Shown here in pieces: positions 14,640 through 15,700 of a stretch of 15,700 nucleotides of DNA. Source of the stretch: an uncultured archaeon (lineage in GTDB: Archaea; Asgardarchaeota; Heimdallarchaeia; Heimdallarchaeales; Kariarchaeaceae); contig CAZYCQ010000066.1 in the NCBI GenBank assembly GCA_964645535.1, positions 1-15,700 of the forward strand. The letters run 5' to 3'. Numbering within the stretch: position 1 is the stretch's first letter; every line of letters starts with the position of its first letter. A program made the position numbers and the translations under genes. The notes beneath the pieces were generated by a model, which saw only the letters and a program-made list of their open reading frames with translations, did no database searches and was not told the origin of the DNA.

Positions 14640-15700
14640 ATGGTTCATGCCCCGACTTCCCTCGGATTGAAAGTTTATGAGGTCGCTGTAGTGGTAGTCA
14701 TTGCAGCGGTCTATGCCTTTTTCAGATTTTCAGACGGCAATCCAATTCTTGTTGCAGCACTTGGATTCACTATCGCCCTTTGGCTAATTCTTAAGCCCAG
14801 TGAATGGGCAGTTGAAGGTTTGACAATGCTTGCAGAGAGGATGGGGATCGGTACCTATGCAGCAGGGATTGTAGGGTCAATTATGGCCAACCTTCCAGAA
14901 CTGATTCTAGCATTGCTGTTAATTATTCGTGGAGAAAGCAACATTGCGATTCTGACGGTACTCATCGTTGCTGGAGCAAATACTCTTCTTTTCGGTGTGG
15001 TCACGGTTTTTCAAACAAGAAAAACTGGTCATATCCAAGTTCCAACAACTACTCTTCGATATGAATCTGAGTTGATGATGTTCGCTTTTGTCACTGCACT
15101 TTTCCTGTTTGTTTTTAACTTTGCAGAAAATGTAAGATTGGGAACACAGGTTGAAGGAGTGAAAATTCCGCTCTTATTTTCGGTTGGAACTGTTGCCATC
15201 TATATAGCATACATGATTTTTGTGGCTGCTGACAAGGAACTAAACCCCGGTTATTCCGAAAAGGAAAAAGAAGCCATCTTAAAAGAACCTGGACTTCAAT
15301 GGGGCAATATCATGAAGTTTCTCTTGCTGGGAATAATTGGCATCGTTCTTGCAGGAGAGCTTATGGCCAATGGGGCTGAACTTCTCATCAATGAGGCAGA
15401 GCATTCTGGTTTAGAGTTGAATGAAGGCCATATCGCCTTGATTGTAGGTATTTTGGGCTCAATTCCAGAATGGGCAGTTGCATTCAAGGCAAAAGACGAT
15501 CCAGAACTGGTTTTTGGAAGTGTTCTTTCTTCTATTTCAGCCACAATCCTTTTCATGATAGGTTTGGTTAGTATCTTTCTCCATTACTTGGGAAGGGAAT
15601 TTGTTCTGGATCCTTATGGCATGGTTCAAATTATGCTTTCAGGAGCAATTCTGTTGTTTGTCCATTCCCTGATGAAAGATGACCTCAAATTGGATCTCTT
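14640..15700 (+). CDS. Ca2+/cation antiporter, CaCA superfamily (Na+/Ca2+ or H+/Ca2+ exchanger); 3' end truncated by the window
   Basis: Absent from the ORF track because there is no stop in the window. Manual translation from ATG 14640 (MVHAPTSLGLKVYEVAVVVV...) stays open for 353 codons with about 10 TM helices. Alpha-1 repeat ANLPE is at 14886-14900 and alpha-2 repeat GSIPE at 15456-15470. Confidence 0.85.
   Translation, partial: MVHAPTSLGLKVYEVAVVVVIAAVYAFFRFSDGNPILVAALGFTIALWLILKPSEWAVEGLTMLAERMGIGTYAAGIVGSIMANLPELILALLLIIRGESNIAILTVLIVAGANTLLFGVVTVFQTRKTGHIQVPTTTLRYESELMMFAFVTALFLFVFNFAENVRLGTQVEGVKIPLLFSVGTVAIYIAYMIFVAADKELNPGYSEKEKEAILKEPGLQWGNIMKFLLLGIIGIVLAGELMANGAELLINEAEHSGLELNEGHIALIVGILGSIPEWAVAFKAKDDPELVFGSVLSSISATILFMIGLVSIFLHYLGREFVLDPYGMVQIMLSGAILLFVHSLMKDDLKLDL

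Noticed and set aside
15296-15556. 86-aa minus-strand ORF
   Set aside because: It is an antisense shadow of the + strand CaCA exchanger.
10603-15700. Integrated element or prophage at tRNA-Leu
   Set aside because: No integrase and no duplicated tRNA 3' end (att site) were seen in the window. An element extending beyond the window cannot be excluded.
1-15700. CRISPR array, rRNA, IS elements, frameshifted pseudogenes
   Set aside because: No regularly spaced repeats, rRNA-like sequence, transposase motifs or broken reading frames were detected by eye.

Overview
Compact, AT-rich archaeal chromosomal segment, most likely from an Asgard archaeon (Heimdallarchaeia-like). This is inferred from archaeal Trm1, DUF61 and TFE-beta/RPC34 genes, BRE/TATA promoters, an archaeal-type tRNA-Leu, and longin-like and LRR proteins. 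Gene order: SCO1/SenC (+), trm1 (-), rlmE (-), TFE-beta/RPC34-like FeS protein (+), membrane protein (+), DUF61 (+), LeuA-family DRE-TIM synthase (+), longin-like protein (+), MEMO1/amrB (+), M24 peptidase (-), LRR protein (+), amrS radical SAM (+), tRNA-Leu(TAA) (+), a 537-aa HEAT/ARM protein (+), GH123/DUF4091-like surface glycosidase (-), and a CaCA cation exchanger (+) that runs off the window and is missing from the ORF track. The standout is the 10853..12466 protein. It appears colinear with the animal protein Melted/VEPH1 over both the helical-repeat region and a Cys4 domain, but lacks the PH domain, making it a candidate new eukaryotic signature protein. That match rests on my recollection of the VEPH1 sequence and needs a database search. 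No CRISPR array or mobile element was seen.
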